From: Podarcis gaigeae
Lineage: Eukaryota
Reading direction: 5' to 3' (one strand)
Assembly: GCA_964106915.2 (NCBI GenBank)
Contig: OZ066921.1
Length of the DNA: 64,000 nt
Notes under the pieces: generated by a model
What the model was told of the DNA's origin: nothing
Database searches by the model: none
What the model saw: the letters and a program-made list of their open reading frames with translations, nothing else
Translations under genes and position numbers: made by a program
Shown here: piece after piece, positions 35,771-48,455 of the stretch
Position numbering within the stretch: the stretch's first letter is position 1
Layout of the letters: every line of letters starts with the position of its first letter

Positions 35771-37429
35771 ATGGGTGCTCTTCTGTCCCAGGGCAACACT
35801 GAGCTGGAGTGAAGTGTTCTTTGTTTTATTATATTGCATTTTCTCCGCAGAGCACAAGGTGACATACATAGTTCTCTCCTTCCTCATCTAATCAGCACAA
35901 AGTTAGGTTGAGAGGCAGTGACTGCTCCGAGGTCACTCAGGGAGCTTCATCACTGAGTGAAGATTCGAACCCTGATCTCCCAGGTCCTAGTCTGAGATTG
36001 GAGTCGTTACACCACCCTGACTCAATAGCAGCACATGTGCGAAGCAAGTTTCTTCCAGCTGTTCCTCCTCTGGCAGTTGGATTTTAATTTAACCATGAAC
36101 CAATTAACAGCTTCAGGCCCAGTGATGACACACTGTACGCTGGTGGAGGTGGAGGGACAGGGGAAGCTGCCTGATATTGTCAGACCATTAATAGTGTGAT
36201 GTCATAGAAGTCATAGACTTGCATGATCATCCATCCAGACTTGAGGATCATCCAGTCCAACTCCCTGCAATGCAGGAATATGCAGCTAGCCTGCAACCTT
36301 GGTGTTCAGCACCAAACTCCAACCAACTGAGCTATCAAGGTCTACACAGGAGATGGAGAACCTGTGGTCCTCCAGATGTTGCTGGACTACAACGCCCATC
36401 ATCCTTGAGCATTGACCATGTGGGCTGAGACTGGTGGAATTTAGGAGTCTAGCACCAGCTGGAGGGCCACAGGTTCCTTGTTTCTGGTCAACACTGACTG
36501 GCTCTTCAGGGTTTTAGAACCTGGGATGTTCTGCTTGCAGAGCATCCTGCTTGGCTGCTGCTGGCATTTCTTTCTGTATGCATGGAAGCTGGGAGGATAA
36601 AGATGTATGCTCCAGGTGGCTCCAAGATTCATCTGTGCCAAGCAGAGCATGAAATCACCAGTTAGCTCAAGACAATTAAGTCCTGATCTGATCAAAAGGT
36701 CCATCATCCAATAGCTCCCTCTGAAAATGGCCCAGTCTCCTCCTCTTCATTTTGATCCATTTAGCTTCCCATAGTTAGTGGGATATGCACTCGCGGGGCT
36801 GCTCTCCAAACACCTTCTTCCTAGTTGATCAGGAAGAAGATTCATATCGGAAAGAAGGAGAGAGAGAGAGAAAGAAAGAAGGGGAAAAAATTGAGCAGGA
36901 GAAGCCAGCCCACCCAAGCCAATTATAATGCTGTAAAAAGAGCCAACCAGCGAGAGAAGCCCCAGGAAGCCAGCAGTCCCTATTGATCCTTCAAATCTCC
37001 CATCTTCAAACAGGGAGAGAGGTGTAATGGTCGGAGCAGGGACCGCTGGTGCTTCAAAACCAAAATTAGCATTGTAAACTCTCTCTCGCTTTTCAGCTTC
37101 AAAGATCTGCAATTCAAAACGTGGGAAGTGGAAGCTTGTTAAATGGAGGCAAACTTCAAGAGAATCCCTGGTTGAAACACTTCTCTTTTTTTTATATAAA
37201 AAAAATGTTCCCAGAATAATTATATCTGATTTTACTTTTGTGGTAGCTTTCTCTGTTGTCCCTCTTTGACATATCTGCGCCATTTAATGGGGCATAGTGT
37301 TTTACAAGCGACATTACTTTCATGTTTGTGACGCTCCTCTGAGGTAGACCGCTCTTGAGGGCTCATCCACACTTACCTTTCGCTCAGCACTTTCTAGGCA
37401 TAGGTTTGTGGTTTAAAAGGCTGTGTCTG

Positions 37430-37520
37430 TCTTCTTCTTCTTCTTCTTCTTCTTCTTCTTCTTCTTCTTCTTCTTCTTCCTCTTCCTCTTCCTCTTCCTC
37501 TTCCTCTTCCTCTTCTTCTT
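37430..37520. repeat. (TTC)n then (TCTTCC)n polypyrimidine tract
   Basis: Direct reading. Confidence 0.95.
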
Positions 37521-38007
37521 CCCTCAGTGCTTTCCTTTCAAAAACCCACTCTTTAATATTGAATTGGAACAAACGGCAACTCAGGTTTTCCACATATTGC
37601 TGATTGCTCCGATTCAGCTAACTTTGTTTTATATTTGGTTTCACTTATCTGTGGAAGGTGTTGCACACAATTCCTTTCCCCACACATTTTTTTTCTTTAC
37701 AACAATCCTTTGAGGTAGGTGCGGTGGAGAGAGGTTGTAATTGGCTCAAGGTGACAGATGGAAATGCGAATATGACATCTATGTGTGCAGCAAGATCAAA
37801 TGTGGGAGAGGCTTCCTGATGTAGAATAGGATGTCCCCTTTTTCGTCGGAGAAATGTTGGAGGGCATGGAATGGGCCTATGCTGTAGGGGTGCAGGAAGC
37901 CAGATTCAGCTCTGGGGCTGCCTGTTGGCTACTCTAGTTCCACACCCAGATGCATCAACGGTGCTTTTGGTGACACAGAGAAGACAGAAAGAGCTGACTT
38001 TGTGTAG

Positions 38008-38260
38008 GAACCTAAGAAGACTCCTGCTGGTCAAAGGCCCATCTAGCCCAGCATTCTCCTTCCAGCACTGGCCGACCAGTCACCTATGGGAAGCATGCAA
38101 GCAGGACCTGAGCACACCAGCACACTTCCCACTTGTGAGTCCCAGTAACTGTCTTTCAGAGACATAATGCCCCCAACACTGGAAATGGTACATAACCATT
38201 GAAAGCCTCCTTCCCCATGATTGTGTCTGAAACCATCCAAGCTGAAGGCCATCTGTGCCC
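38008..38260 (-). mobile_element. CR1 LINE 3' end, degenerate
   Basis: aggaacctaagaagactcctgctggtcaaaggcccatctagcccagcattct. Confidence 0.65.
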
Positions 38261-40029
38261 AGGGACCCGCTCCTCATCAATTGCCTATAATTATTGCCAT
38301 ATATTATGTTGTTGTTCCCTAAGCTGGTGACCTTGAGATGTTCTGGGTAGTGACTCCCATCAGCCCCAGGATCAAGCAGCAGTGCTGTCTGGGCCTGATG
38401 GAGTTTGTGGTCCATCTGAAGGGAACAGCCTGGGTAAGGCTGGTCTATTTCTTTAAAGAGGAGGATGCAGTTAAATGCAGGTGGCTACAGGAGGCATGTT
38501 GAGCCACAAGCCCAATGCTGATGCCCGTGAGAGATGCTGTTGCTTCCCTGCCCCTGCTACCCTCTTCAAAGGGAAGGACTGATTCATCAGCTGCCTCCCT
38601 CAGATGTCTCATCTGTGTCTCTGCAGGTGGAGGGAACAGTAATGAAAGTGACAGGATTTTATTGGGCAGGTAATTGATTCAAGGTGGCCGCCGTGGTGCC
38701 AGGTCTACCTCACCTGTGCAAATCATGTAAAGAGGGGATATCTGGGCCAAGAACACATGGTGTGTGTGTGTGTGTGTGTGTGTATACACAGTGCGCCAGG
38801 TGCTCTCCGCGCTGAAAACACAGCTTCTGAATGTGCAAATATTTTAGTTGGCAACTTGGTAGTGGCTCCCTCGGGAATGTCATGATGAAGGGTGTGATGT
38901 ATGCAGTGGAGAGAATTGGATTCCACATGCCACCCGAATTATTATGGCTGGGAAAACCCTCCAGAAAACCCGTGATCACAATTAATTATGTCACATTTAG
39001 TCTGTTAGGGATTTACTGGCTGTGCATAATTTACTCCAACCTGCTTCAATACACAGGGTTGCCAACTTTTCAGCAGACCACTGTAGTTGTGCCTTTAGTA
39101 GCAGTTTGATCTACTCATCAAGCTGGTCAGTTGGCTGGGTCCTCTGGCAAAAGTAAATCCCCATAGACATTCTCTATGCTGCAACTCAAATTTCAGTGGT
39201 GCCCTGCATGACTCCAAAATCCAGAGCCCCCGCCTCTCACCCTCCAGTGGACTTCATTATTGTGGCACCTGCTGTGGTACCCCAGAAGCTCCATGCCCTG
39301 TGTGACTGAACCAGTTGGGCTCCCCTAGGTCCACTTTTGACAGCCAACAGGCGAGTGCAGCAGCCACAGCGCCGCCACCGCTTTGCTCTGTCTTTTCCTT
39401 CTCTGGCCCTTGTCTGGAACAAATCCCTCCCCCCCCCATCCCTGGTCCTCTTTCCCCCTTTACGATCTGAGCAATCAATAACCCGTCTTTCCAGTGCGCT
39501 CCCTCGCCAGCTTAAGAGGCCCATAATCGCTACTTTGTTCACACACGGTGGCATCTCCTGCTAAAGGGGGAGCCAATTCGTTATTGCCTTATCTTTTTGT
39601 CTGGCAGAGAAGCCAAAAGGGTCACACTCCCGAGCAGCTACAAAACAGCTGGAATAAATCATTAGGAAAGAAGAGAAAACAGACAAACATCTTAAGTGGA
39701 TTGTGAATAAGGTTGCCAACTGACTAGGGGGGGAAAAAACAACTTGATCCAGACTTTTCTTGTGTCTTTATTTATTTATTTATTTATTGGCATGTGCTTT
39801 ATTGCACTCCCCCGTTTCATCATGCAATTCCATGGCAGAGCACAGTACAATTAAAATACAAAAGCAGTATGTTTTAACATCTACCGGATGTGCAGAAATC
39901 TGCATGGGAAGCTACTAACAGTATGGAGATAAGCACCAGTGCTACACTAGAATGCCAGCACTAGAACTGGCAGACATCCAAGGTAGCTGAATGTTGGAGG
40001 ATTTGGGACAGATGAAAGTATTTCTTATT

Positions 40030-40320
40030 CTAGCACATAGCTAAACTATGGAACTCGCTTCCACCAGAAGCAGGGATGGCTACCAGCCTGGATGGCTTTA
40101 AAAGCGATTGGCTCAATTCATGGAGGAGAAGGCTATCAATGGCTACTAGCCATGGCTGGAGGCACCAATGCTTCTGGATTCCAGTTTCTGGAAGCCACAG
40201 GAGGGGAGAAGGCTCTTGTGCTTGGATTCCGCTTGCTGGTTTCACACAGGCATCTGGTTGGCCACTGTGAGAACAGGATGCTGGGCTAGATGGGCCACTG
40301 GCCTGAACCAGCAGGCTCTG
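40030..40320 (+). mobile_element. CR1 LINE 3' end
   Basis: Ends ggccactgtgagaacaggatgctgggctagatgggccactggcctgaaccagcaggctct. Confidence 0.8.
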
Positions 40321-40651
40321 TGTGATTAATAGCAGGATGTGTCAGAGAACCAAAAACTTGGCAACCCTAGGTGCCCAGCTGCATCAGTCCAGAGAAGAAT
40401 CATGACTCAGTTGCCCATCCCAGTCAGGTTAGCTGATGGGATCATGGCCTTCTGTCTCCCCCTGCTCCTGCCCTCTCCCTATAAGAAGGCAGAAACTGAG
40501 CAGGCCCAGCTTTTTTGCGCCGCTTTGGGCTTCGGTCACATACCAGCAAATTCAGGTTGTGCATTGAAAGGTGTTGCAGGGGCCTTGCACAACAAACCAG
40601 CTTCCCCAATACATCAGACATTTTTTTGCAATAAGGTAAGCAGCAAGGGGT

Positions 40652-41015
40652 GGGACGCAGGTGGCGCTGTGGGTTAAAGCCTCAGCGCCTAGGACTTGCC
40701 AATTGAAAGGTCGGCGGTTCGAATCCCTGCGGCGGGGTACGCTCCCGCTGCTCGGTCCCAGCGCCTGCCAACCTAGCAGTTCGAAAGCACCTCCGGGTGC
40801 AAGTAGATAAATAGGGACCGCTTACCAGCGGGAAGGTAAACGGCGTTTCCGTGTGTGGCTCTGGCTCGCCAGATGCAGCTTTGTCACGCTGGCCACGTGA
40901 CCCGGAAGTGTCTTCGGACAGCGCTGGCCCCTGGCCTCTTGAGTGAGATGGGCGCACAACCCCAGAGTCTGTCAAGACTGGCCCATACCAGCAGGGGTAC
41001 CTTTACCTTTACCTT
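40652..41015 (+). mobile_element. Sauria SINE, full length, different (CpG-rich, young) subfamily
   Basis: gggacgcaggtggcgctgtggg...(ACCTTT)3; TSD TAAGCAGCAAGGG at 40637-40649 and 41016-41028. Confidence 0.94.
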
Positions 41016-41719
41016 TAAGCAGCAAGGGAAAAGTCCTGGGAAGTTTGGGATACGACTTGCTTTGCTTTGCTGCAATTGCCATCTAACCTCCCCACAAATG
41101 AAGCAGAATGAATGCTCATTAAACAACCAGCTTCATTTTCTTTCCCTGCAAACAAAGCAGGATTCTCAGGAAACAGATGGTCTGGAAGCATCTCTGATCT
41201 CCATATCAAGAATAGCTTTACCTCCTTGATTTGGGTCCACTGGGAAGGGCAAGGAGAACAAAAGCCCTTTGCCATGGTTCAGTTTGGCTTGCAAACCTAG
41301 CCCTCTGCCCTAGGAGAAGCCCTGTTCTCTTAATCTCAGGTCTGCAGTGTTTGGGTTTTTCTTTAATAAATAGAGACAGCAGAGCTCAGCCCTGCCTGGA
41401 GATGAATATAGGTGCTTCCACACCACAGCTTATTGTGGATTCAGTTCTGCTCTTGCATGGAAGTTTTGCATGCCACCACCATCAACATTCAATCCCATGT
41501 CCCCCACTTTTAGACTGGATTTACTGTTTCCATGGAAAATCCATTAAGTAAAAAAGCCCAGAGAAACAGTAAACTCAGACTAAACGGTGGGGGGTAGGGG
41601 TGGGCATGGAACAGCATTTTGATGAGCATTGTGTGGATGCTGCTGAGTCCACAATCAATTGTGGCGTGGAAGCAGCGCTGAGCACTTAGCACCGAAAACA
41701 AAGCACCGAAAAGGAGGCA

Positions 41720-42148
41720 TGAGGGAGAAAATTGATTCCGTTTGCATTTACAGGCGAATCGATCAAATCTGCGCTTTCTGAAACAATTTGAGCCAAAACG
41801 CAGCTATCCTTCAAAATTCCAAATTTTGTGATGTGTGTCTCCAACCAAAGAACATGCACAAAAATGCATATATTTGGGGAAAGTGTGTATGAAAATTAAT
41901 ATATTACTGAAAAGAACATACAGAATTACATTATATTAGGGGAAGCTGACTGCAAAAATGTGTACATTAGTCAAAGGTGCATATAAAAATGTGTATAACG
42001 GGAGAAATTCACACTAGGATGCTGATGAATTTTCATGTGAATTAATTTGTGTGTGTGTGTGTAAATTGCTGCAAGATGTGAACTGGATTTAAGACTGGAA
42101 AAATGAGAAGCCGAGCGAACAGAAATGGACATATGCTTCCATCCCTAC
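41720..42148 (+). mobile_element. AT-rich non-autonomous DNA-transposon-like repeat
   Basis: Ends catccta-like (ccatcccta); homologous in reverse orientation to 48040-48455 (ggagaaattcacacta..atgctgatgaatttt vs aaaattcagcagtgatttagtgtgaatttctc). Confidence 0.6.
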
Positions 42149-44338
42149 TAAAAAAGAGGCCTGTTAAGACAAGTTTTTCTGGGGGGAGGGGATGCACTCT
42201 GTCCAGGCTGAAAGATTCAAGAGATATTCTCCCTGTGGGGGTTACTGAGTGTGCCAGGTGCATGCATGGGAGGAAGGGAGGGAGGCTAGCTGCCATTTGG
42301 ATTTTCCATGGCAGGCAGTAATAATATTGCAAGGCAGGATCCGCGAGGCTTGCCAGAGTGTGATCCTTGGTGGGGAGCAGTTTGTAACTACAGTCAAGAG
42401 CAGGTGCTTAACCTTCTTTGGGTCGGCTGATCTCATCAAGGGGTTCAGAGGCCTCTTACAATGCTTCTAGCTCCACATTTTTTCATGTGTTTTCAGACAA
42501 GATGTCCTCTGAGGGCCCCTTACCCTCTCTTTTTCCAGATAAGGCCAACAAGCGTGGGGTTTGAGGTGGCCAGACCCTGACACCAGCCTTCTTTCATGTA
42601 CAAAGCAGGGCAAGAGGAGGTGTCCAATTGTGTGTGGGTGAGGGGCCATGGCCTCTTTCTCCTCTTACCCCTTTATGGTCTGTTGCTCTAAACTGTTTTC
42701 TCTTAGAAGTGCAGGGAAGTAATGGCAGGAGGAGCAGGGAGTGGCTCAGGTCATTTCCCCTCTGCACTTCTTTGGATTTGCAACACCCCCCTCCTCTGTC
42801 CAGTCTCTCTCTGGCTAGCTTCTTCCCACAAGGCCCCAGGCCATGAGCTTACACAGCTTTGAAAGAGGTTTAGACAAATTCATGAGACCCATTGCTCCAT
42901 TTCATTAAAAAAACAACACCTGACATCTAGCCTACTTTCCAAGGAATTCAAGGCCACTAACAAATCAAAATGCCCAAAGAATGAGACTATTCTATGGTAG
43001 CTGTCTCCCCATCCTACCCAAAGGATTTTTCTTGTTCTCTTGTAGGATTCTGCTTCTTCAAAGTAACATTTCATGCTCTCCATTATGGTGAGCAATGAGG
43101 AATTTCCATGAGTTGTCAGTTTCCTTGAAAAAGAGACAGCGCTGGAGACGATTGTGTTTCTCCAACAGCTGCTTATTTACTAGTGTGCAGGTACAGTGGG
43201 TGGGAAGCCTAACAGTCACTTGGGTTTGGACATTGGTCCTAAAGCAGCAGCAGCCTTCCCTGCACCCCCACCCTGGGAAGCACCCAAGGGTGCTCTTTCT
43301 TCCTCTGTGTCCACCCTACCGATGGACGAGGGGGAAAGATGTGGATTGGGAGAGACGGGCACAGTGAAAGGGAAAAGTTGCAGGGCTGAAAGAGGAGTGA
43401 GCTTCTGGGAGACCCAGTTCCACATCTGGCAGAACCTTGCAGTGATTTCCCCATGCAGGCCATTGAATTGCTGTGGCTAACAAGGTTTTTCTTTAATGAA
43501 CATGGGAAGCTCCCTGCTTGCCCGGGGGAGTTTGTAATGAGGAAGGGATCGCATTCAACCTGCAGGTGTATTGTTCCTCCAGACCAAATGACTCCTCTCA
43601 AATATTACTTTCCAAATATGTTTGTTTTTGCAGATAATTAAACTGCAATTACCTTACAAATAACGCTAACGAAGCAATTAGACAGAGTGAGGGGGAGAAG
43701 GAGAGCAGGCAGGCAGGAGACTTGCTCTTAGCTTTTGCAGTAAATGCTTTGTTTGGGCACATTCAGGTGTTCAGTTCTTCTAAAGCTTTGGAAACAACAC
43801 AACCCTCAGGGTTTAAGCACTTTGGCGGTTCTGGCAAAATTGTTTACTGGGTTCTTCTTCATTCCTGAGCCCTAACAGGGGACCTACACTTCATTTCTGT
43901 AAACAGGGAATTCCATCCACGATAATTAAACATTTATGTAAGTATGGGGAAGGAGTTTCCCACTCCCATATCCCTGATTTTAAGCTTGTTACATGACTAA
44001 TTATAAGGCTACGTCAGCTGAATCTCATTCTGACATTATAATGAAAAATTTGGCAGCGGGGAGCAGGTTCTATAATATATAGTTAGGAAATGGTTCAGTT
44101 AACTGATTTGAAATTTGGCAGTGAAAGAGAAGTAGGTTTGAGGACAGTCCATGCCATGATCGGGGTAGAAAGTGTTGGATGAGTTCAATGTTTGGTGAGG
44201 GACTCTGGCATGTGGACAAGTGCTGTGTGTGTTTTCTTCATAGATTCTGCTGGGGTGGTTTTTCCTGGAAAGAGGTATCTGTTTGTGCTGTCTGTTGTTT
44301 TTAGGTCAGTGGGAATATCTAGTAAGTGCTTCTACCAT

Positions 44339-44570
44339 GAGTTCTTATTAAAAAGCTATTGTCCTGGTCATTGTAAGTCAATGGACTTGCTTATTCCTCT
44401 GTTGCTAGACAAGAATTCCAGCCAATCTTAGCCACAGGAAATTTAGACAGCTAGAGTTCTTATTAAAAAGCCATTGTCCTGGTCATTGTAACTCAATGGA
44501 CTTGATTATTCCTCTGTTGCTAGACAAGACTTCAGGCCAATCTTAGCCACAGGAAATTTAGACAGCTAGA
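44339..44570. repeat. 115-bp tandem duplication (2 units + short remnant)
   Basis: Units start at 44339 and 44454 (gagttcttattaaaaagc...atttagacagcta), a few mismatches. Confidence 0.93.
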
Positions 44571-45869
44571 CTGTTGCTAGGCAAGATTCTCACAGAGCAG
44601 GCATTAACCTTGAAGAGTTTACAGTTGAGGTAGAAGGTAGGTGTGGAAGAAAACAGGAGGAAGAAATCACAAGAAATAAGTAAAACAGTGTATGAGTCAT
44701 GGGCGGAGGGGGAATACATCTGAGTTGCATAGTGGCTGGATTTCAGACAGGCAGTTTTTGAAAAATGGGGGGGGGGAGTAAAGTGGGAAGGAAGATTCAT
44801 GGGGGCACCGTGTGGCTGTGTGCTTTGTCTGCTGAGTGCCCTCTTTTCCACCGTAACCTTTGAAGGCTAGGCTTGCCAATTGACCTGATAAGCTCAGCTA
44901 GGCCTGTTTCTACAACTTTACCACCCATACAATGCACATGTCAAGAAAAAAAATAAGCCCCACTGAGTAGAGTAATAGAAATGTAGAGTTAGAAGGGACC
45001 CAAAAGGTCATCGAATTCAACCCCCTGCAATGCAGGAATCACTGCTAAAGTAAACATGCATACGCTTGCAGCTTAATTTAATATGGCACATGCTTTCAAG
45101 CATTACAGTTCATTTCATCAGACATGATCCTGAGCTGCATGTATATATAGTTGGCAGGGATTTCAAATGGTTAGGTCAGCAGGAAATGAAATGCAAAAAA
45201 GTTCAGATGGTGATAATTACCTTATTAGCAGTGGGCATTGACAAAACCAGTTTCTGATGCTAAGAAGTACATCCTGGCATTGGTGAGCTAATTGATACAT
45301 GTACTTTGATTTTCATTTGATTTAATATTTGCATTCAGTTTTTCCAACCACAATGTTGAGCTCAAAGTGACTCAGAATCATAACAATAGCATTAAAATTT
45401 TACTAAAATTGAAATTGCTGCAATTGGAACCCCCCCCACAATAGCATATTAAAAGGCAAAAACATACAAATCGAACAATGAATTCCATTCAATACGAACT
45501 TGTAATGATTAAAAACATCAGAAAGAGCTGCTCAGCACCAGGGCTGTGGCCCACTTGACCTCCTCTTTTTGCGAAGGGGCTTCATCACCCAGTGTACCAG
45601 CATCAACTAATGCCCAGACAGCAAGTTCCCTCATAGCATTTAATGTTGACTTCTTTTTCACCCTCAAAGAGAGAAACTGATCACTTCTAAGTTGTTTTAG
45701 GAGGAGCAAGGCAACAGGTTCCATTGAAGACCCGCATTGTCTATGGTCTTTCCCCCGTGTGTTATATTTAAGATCACTCTTTCCCACAGTCCCTTTGGAG
45801 GAGTGCCCTGTGTTCTCTCCCCATTGGGGGATCAAGTCCTTTACCCCTTCCCCTCTGTTCACGCCAATT

Positions 45870-46130
45870 CAATCCACACATGGCAGCACTGAAGCTCTTG
45901 TTGAATTGCAATTCAGTGGTTTCAGATTGCAGTCTACGTTTGAAGCTCTTTTGTTCCATTATGGCCACCTTAAGGTCAGTTACAGAATGTCCTGGAAAGG
46001 TGAAATATTCTCTCACTGGGTTTTGGATATTGGTATTTTTCATCATGTCAGGTTTGGGTCCATTTATTCTGTCTTGAAAGGAGATGTAGTCATGCCACAA
46101 ACAATACTAAAACTTGTTATCCTGTCTTTC
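45870..46130 (-). mobile_element. Older, decayed Penelope-like GIY-YIG fragment
   Basis: Minus-strand peptide DRING.K.D...PVREYFTFPGHSVTDLKVAIMEQKSFKRRLQSETTELQF aligns to the intact copies. Confidence 0.85.
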
Positions 46131-48039
46131 ATTTAGCCTCTGTTTAGTCTTATGGCTAAAGTGGCTGCCGGGATGATCTTCTCCACATCCAAATTGACTG
46201 CAGAATAGTCTCCGTGCGTTCAGGCCTGTGACATTTGCAGCAGCCTGTATTTCAATTCTGGCCAAAGAGACACCTGCTGGAGGGGCCCTGATGACTTGCG
46301 GAGCCCTGAATCCACGCGGACATCTTTACTGCTGAAACCAAAGCCTCATTTTTCACGAATAATTATCCTAGGGGACGTGACTCTAATCTCATTGCCCTTG
46401 TGTTTGCTCAAGGAATCTCCAATGAGCTCAGCCTTTGTCTTGTGACTAATGAACACACCAAATCAAATTAGAAGCAAGACTAATTGTCTGGAAATGCACT
46501 GGGGTTTGTAGGGCTCCTGGAATGAGTTGCAGCAAGGATGAAGGACCTTCCAAAAGGATCCTTCCTGTTCCTTTTGTGAAAGAGGCACCAGCTGCCCTTG
46601 GCCGACTTGCAGTTGCCTTCATAATAAGTTGCAGGATGGATTGCTGTCAACAACTAAATTTGCTTCTGCAGAGTGCTGTGTCCCTGATTGATCCAGTCTT
46701 GGTACCTGGTCAGACAGCTATTCTGCTGACTTTGAAAGCACCTTGGCTTGGCAATCACGGTGTATCTGGAAATGCCAGGGATTGAATTTGGAACCTTCTG
46801 CATATGAACCATGGAGGTGTGGCTCAACTAGATTGGCTACAGCTTCAGTCAACGGTACCTAAAGAGCGAAAGAGGAACTGAAAAAGATGGCAGGCAAACA
46901 TGAATGACAAATTAGATTTGCTGAGGACCATATGACTGTTTTGTGGTACAGCACCACCACCACCCCACTCCGCCAGCTGCATACAGAGGTACAAACTCAC
47001 TTTCAAGAAACCTCATTTTCCTTTTGTGGCTTCTGCTTTAAGGTGATGCCTGTACTAAAGTTATGATTTAGAAGCCAGTTGGTCTCTGCTTTTTAACCAT
47101 TAGCCCACGCCTGTGGCATAAATGATAGAGCAGTAGAGTTAGTTGAATGCCGCCAAGCTGTACTGAAAAGCATGAAGTGCAATGCATCTAATCATCAGCA
47201 GGTGGAGCTCTTGCTTTACAGTAAAGACTATGTGTTTGGTGTGTATTTTTCTTTCCTAGTCAGGACTCTGTAAAATTATGTATGGGAGGGAGGGGAAACC
47301 GCAACACTTGCCCACATATGCTATTTAGTTCACTCCCAACAAAGTATACTACTCAAATAGAGAGTGCGTTAGACAAAGGAGAACTTTGCACCAGGAGGGA
47401 GTTTGGAAAAACAGTGAGTGAGGAAAATGGGAGGATGGGAGACTTCGATTATTTTATTTTGTAATATTGCCCATTAACCATGTCGTCTGAGCAGTTGACA
47501 AAAAAATTAAAGTAATAAAATATGAAACAATCAAATAGCTTAGAACTACATCAATACAAAAATCCACATAAACCCAATATAAATAGCATAAAATAATTAT
47601 TAAACAGCATTGGGACTTAGCCAATAATAATTTGACTAAAATACAATGAGCATAGTTTTAAAATTCCTGGTGGAACAAAGGTCTCCTTGACTGAGAAAGC
47701 CAAACCAAGAGTGTGTGTGGCCACATGGCATGTTGGGTCCCTCTCACAGTTGCTGGGACAGCCATGAAATTGGGAGCTGCTCTAGGATTGATGGCTATGG
47801 AATATGTTGAAACACCCAAGAACAGCCAGATCAGAAATTCTCTCCACCACTCCTGAGATCATCTCCATCATGGAATCATAGAATTGTAGCGTTGGAAAGG
47901 ATACCAAGGGTCATCTAATCCAACCCCTTTGCAGTGCACGAATCGCAACTAAAGAATCCCTGATAAATGGCCACTCAGCAAAAAATAAGAAACCATTCCC
48001 TCCTCTTGAAGGTAATCAGGGTGGCCCTCACCCAGGAAT

Positions 48040-48455
48040 CAATGAATCTTATCAACTTTGGTATCTCAGTTTCTGATCTTAAAGCCACATTTCTGCAGCC
48101 ATTTGCATTGAAAAAACAAAAAATGCTCATAAAAATTCAGCAGTGATTTAGTGTGAATTTCTCTTTGCGAACACATTTTTATTTGCCATTTGGACTAATA
48201 CACACATTTATGCAAGCATTTCCCCCATATATTTTCCTGTATTGCTTTCTCTACAGTGTGAAGTTTCTCACACCTCCCCCCCCCCATAATGTATGCAATT
48301 CTGCATGCAATCCTGTTTGGAGAACTGCATTGCAAAATTCAGAGAAATGTGAAGTTCAAAGGATTCCTCTGTTTTGGTTCACATATTGGTTTGGGAAGTG
48401 TAAATTAGGCAGTTTCTCATTAAAATCCAAATGAAGTTGAATTTCCCCCCCATCC
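48040..48455 (-). mobile_element. Second copy of the AT-rich repeat at 41720-42148, inverted
   Basis: Reverse-complement similarity across several blocks. Confidence 0.6.

Noticed and set aside
36747-37283. 178-aa minus-strand ORF
   Set aside because: No domain similarity or splice context I can recognise; crosses a low-complexity purine tract
37355-37713. Poly-Ser/Glu/Phe ORFs
   Set aside because: Translations of the TTC microsatellite
45528-45550. REST/RE1 site (TCAGCACC left half)
   Set aside because: Right half-site GGACAG is absent
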